A program made the position numbers and the translations under genes. Below, piece by piece: positions 30,453 to 32,000 of a DNA stretch of 32,000 nucleotides (position 1 is the first letter of the stretch; each line of letters starts with the position of its first letter). Origin of the DNA: Acaryochloris marina S15 (GTDB lineage Bacteria; Cyanobacteriota; Cyanobacteriia; Thermosynechococcales; Thermosynechococcaceae); the NCBI RefSeq assembly GCF_018336915.1, contig NZ_CP064927.1:178326-210325 (forward strand). The letters run 5' to 3'. Under the pieces are notes generated by a model that had not been told where the DNA came from, made no database searches, and saw only the letters and a program-made list of their open reading frames with translations.

Positions 30453-30480
30453 GTTGCGATCGCAAATCTCGCAATCCCCA
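30453..30480. repeat. hairpin repeat (copy 5 of 5, short form with HIP1)
   Basis: gttgcgatcgcaaatctcgcaatcccc, flanked by ggggattggtat / ccccaatacca. Confidence 0.55.
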
Positions 30481-30495
30481 ATACCACCCCCGCAA

Positions 30496-30765
30496 TCACT
30501 TCCCCGAAACCTGCTCAATGGGCGAAGTCACAGCCGCATTCTGCCCAACGCTCAGGTGATAGAGTAAGCCCCCAGCAGGTATGCCGATCACTAGACCAAT
30601 TCCAATAAGCGCGATTTTGAACCATGTTCCTTCTCGTTTAATTTCCCTCTCAGTCCGCTTAATTCGCTGGAGCTTTTCAAGCTGACTGATTTCCTTGTCT
30701 TTGAGCTTTAAATCAACAATGCGCTGTTTGATGGCCTTCTCGTTTTCCGCAAGCAGGCCATCCAT
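30496..30765 (-). CDS. coiled-coil protein with C-terminal TM helix
   Basis: 89 aa. KLKDKEISQLEKLQRIKRTEREIKRE, then WFKIALIGIGLVIGIPAGGLLY. Confidence 0.55.
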   Translation of the reverse strand: MDGLLAENEKAIKQRIVDLKLKDKEISQLEKLQRIKRTEREIKREGTWFKIALIGIGLVIGIPAGGLLYHLSVGQNAAVTSPIEQVSGK

Positions 30766-30773
30766 CCGGGCCG

Positions 30774-31601
30774 TTAGTTGCTGCTGGACAACAATGGCGT
30801 AGGGTTCTGTACTCCAGTGAGTTCTCCCTGCTTTTTTTCTGCTCCCTTGCCCTCCAAGCTTGCGGTCATCCGTGCCATAAATTCAGCCTTGAAATCGTCG
30901 GAAAGGAGTTCCTTAGCTAAGCCCTGGCGATACTTGGTCATAAACAGATTCTTCAGCCGTTCCTGTTCCTCATAGGCCAGGTCTGCAAACCCTTTGATTT
31001 GAGAGATGGTGACAACTATCGCAGCTTTGGCCTGCTCATCAATGAACCTCTCCATCTGGATCGACTCAGGATCTGACCCAGCCTCAATGACTGGGGGTGT
31101 ATCCTCGACCACGGGCTGAGGAGGGATGATCGCCTCAGCGGGAGACACACAATCATTGACCTGTTCGCAAATCTCCTCAAACCGATCCCGGTAGTCAATC
31201 AGAAACCCATTCTCGGCTTGTATAGCGGCATAAATTTCATTGAATAGATTGTCATTCACTTGTAGTCTCTGGCCGATGCTGCGAAGGTAGGCATCAATAT
31301 AGTCATACCCCTTCTCATCATGGAGAGTCTTCATCACGAGCAATGTTTCAGATTGCTCATCTGTGAACTCAGTCTGGTCTGTCCAGTTACAAGCTTCAAG
31401 AATCTCTTCTAGCTCAGCATCATCAACTTTCAGTAGGTCTAAGATTTCACTAGTAATCATCGTCAAATACTCCAATGGGTTTGCTGTAGTCAAACTCTTC
31501 ATCTTCAACGGGTGGGGAAGAGTCTTCTTGTTGGGAGGATAGGCAAGATGCCTCTGGATCAGCAAATGATTCTGTGACTTTTTCTGGAATCTCATCACCA
31601 C
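30774..31601 (-). CDS. acidic hypothetical protein (likely 228 aa from ATG 31460)
   Basis: MITSEILDLLKVDDAELEE begins at 31460 and overlaps the upstream stop by 11 nt. The upstream extension in the track overlaps the preceding gene. Confidence 0.55.
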   Translation of the reverse strand: MVMRFQKKSQNHLLIQRHLAYPPNKKTLPHPLKMKSLTTANPLEYLTMITSEILDLLKVDDAELEEILEACNWTDQTEFTDEQSETLLVMKTLHDEKGYDYIDAYLRSIGQRLQVNDNLFNEIYAAIQAENGFLIDYRDRFEEICEQVNDCVSPAEAIIPPQPVVEDTPPVIEAGSDPESIQMERFIDEQAKAAIVVTISQIKGFADLAYEEQERLKNLFMTKYRQGLAKELLSDDFKAEFMARMTASLEGKGAEKKQGELTGVQNPTPLLSSSN

Positions 31602-31851
31602 TCACATAAATTCGCGCTGATTCAAGATGCAATCTCGCCCGAGCCAAGGATTTCTCAATCAAGGTGTCAACCTCGCTTCTGGACGCACCCGATAGAGCCG
31701 CAGTCATAGGGGCCATCATGTATTCCAGCAAGTTAGCGGTTGCTGCTTTGATGTCCGTGCCATACAGCTCTTTCATCGTGTCAATCGTGGCTGCGAGTCG
31801 AGTGGTCGGCCTGGTGCTGAAATTGAGGTTCAAGGTTTTGCGATTACTCAT
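31450..31851 (-). CDS. hypothetical protein (133 aa), acidic tail
   Basis: The ATG overlaps the TGA of the upstream partial ORF (ATGA). No motif recognised. Confidence 0.55.
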   Translation of the reverse strand: MSNRKTLNLNFSTRPTTRLAATIDTMKELYGTDIKAATANLLEYMMAPMTAALSGASRSEVDTLIEKSLARARLHLESARIYVSGDEIPEKVTESFADPEASCLSSQQEDSSPPVEDEEFDYSKPIGVFDDDY

Positions 31852-32000
31852 ACGGCCACCATTCCTTTAATCGTCAGATAAGCATCGGCCATTCTCAGGA
31901 TCATGGGGTCTTTGTCCAACTGAGGGAATGTCTCAGCAATTTCTCTAGCGATTCCATCTAGGCAATTCAGTCGCCGACCATAGACCCCTTTGAGTTGTTT
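31848..32000 (-). CDS. C-terminal 50 codons of a gene entering from the right edge
   Basis: The minus frame KQLKGVYGRRLNCLDGIAREIAETFPQLDKDPMILRMADAYLTIKGMVAV* is open from position 32000. Absent from the track because it has no start in the window. Confidence 0.45.
   Translation of the reverse strand, partial: KQLKGVYGRRLNCLDGIAREIAETFPQLDKDPMILRMADAYLTIKGMVAV

Noticed and set aside
1-32000. Reading the window as a prophage
   Set aside because: There are no terminase, portal, capsid, tail, lysis or integrase genes. The content (ArdC, higBA, IS, small-ORF operon) fits a plasmid or ICE better.

Overview
This is 32 kb of accessory DNA, probably from a cyanobacterial plasmid or ICE. The host call rests on four HIP1 GCGATCGC sites, an orthocaspase-STAND-WD40 gene, an NB-ARC-TPR gene and 42-aa repeat arrays. 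I saw no rRNA, tRNA, CRISPR array, integrase or phage structural genes.

Layout:
1. 264-4455: a caspase / P-loop STAND / 14x WD40 gene, split into two frames at a G7 tract.
2. 4507-6207: an intact 1.46-kb IS (15/17 terminal inverted repeats, Zn-finger DDE transposase) abutting a decayed, inverted copy of a related IS.
3. 6198-11078 (minus): twelve co-directional, mostly overlapping small ORFs. One is an HNH nuclease, one is Cys-rich, and the rest are unknown. They diverge from an XRE regulator gene.
4. 12772-17445 (plus, window centre): a tightly packed operon. It encodes a 442-aa coiled-coil protein, a RavA-like MoxR AAA+ ATPase, a ViaA-like vWA protein lying in two overlapping frames, a CxxCPW Cys-rich protein and a small acidic protein. 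This is my top candidate for an undescribed system.
5. 19565-23192: a gene with a helical N-domain, NB-ARC and TPR array. It is interrupted by one in-frame TGA and bracketed by ~117-bp direct repeats.
6. 23346-25623: an RHH gene plus three copies of a GCTTGAACTCAAGC operator. The two plus-strand copies overlap a -35 box. The circuit includes an ArdC-like antirestriction gene.
7. 25634-26232: higBA.
8. ~26290-28560: an AT-rich three-gene cassette.
9. 28562-32000 (minus): unknown genes linked by a repeated hairpin-promoter cassette, including 28-aa and 36-aa ORFs absent from the ORF track.

All three NTPase-based modules are interrupted at a domain junction. All calls come from reading the sequence and from remembered family motifs. 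No searches were run.
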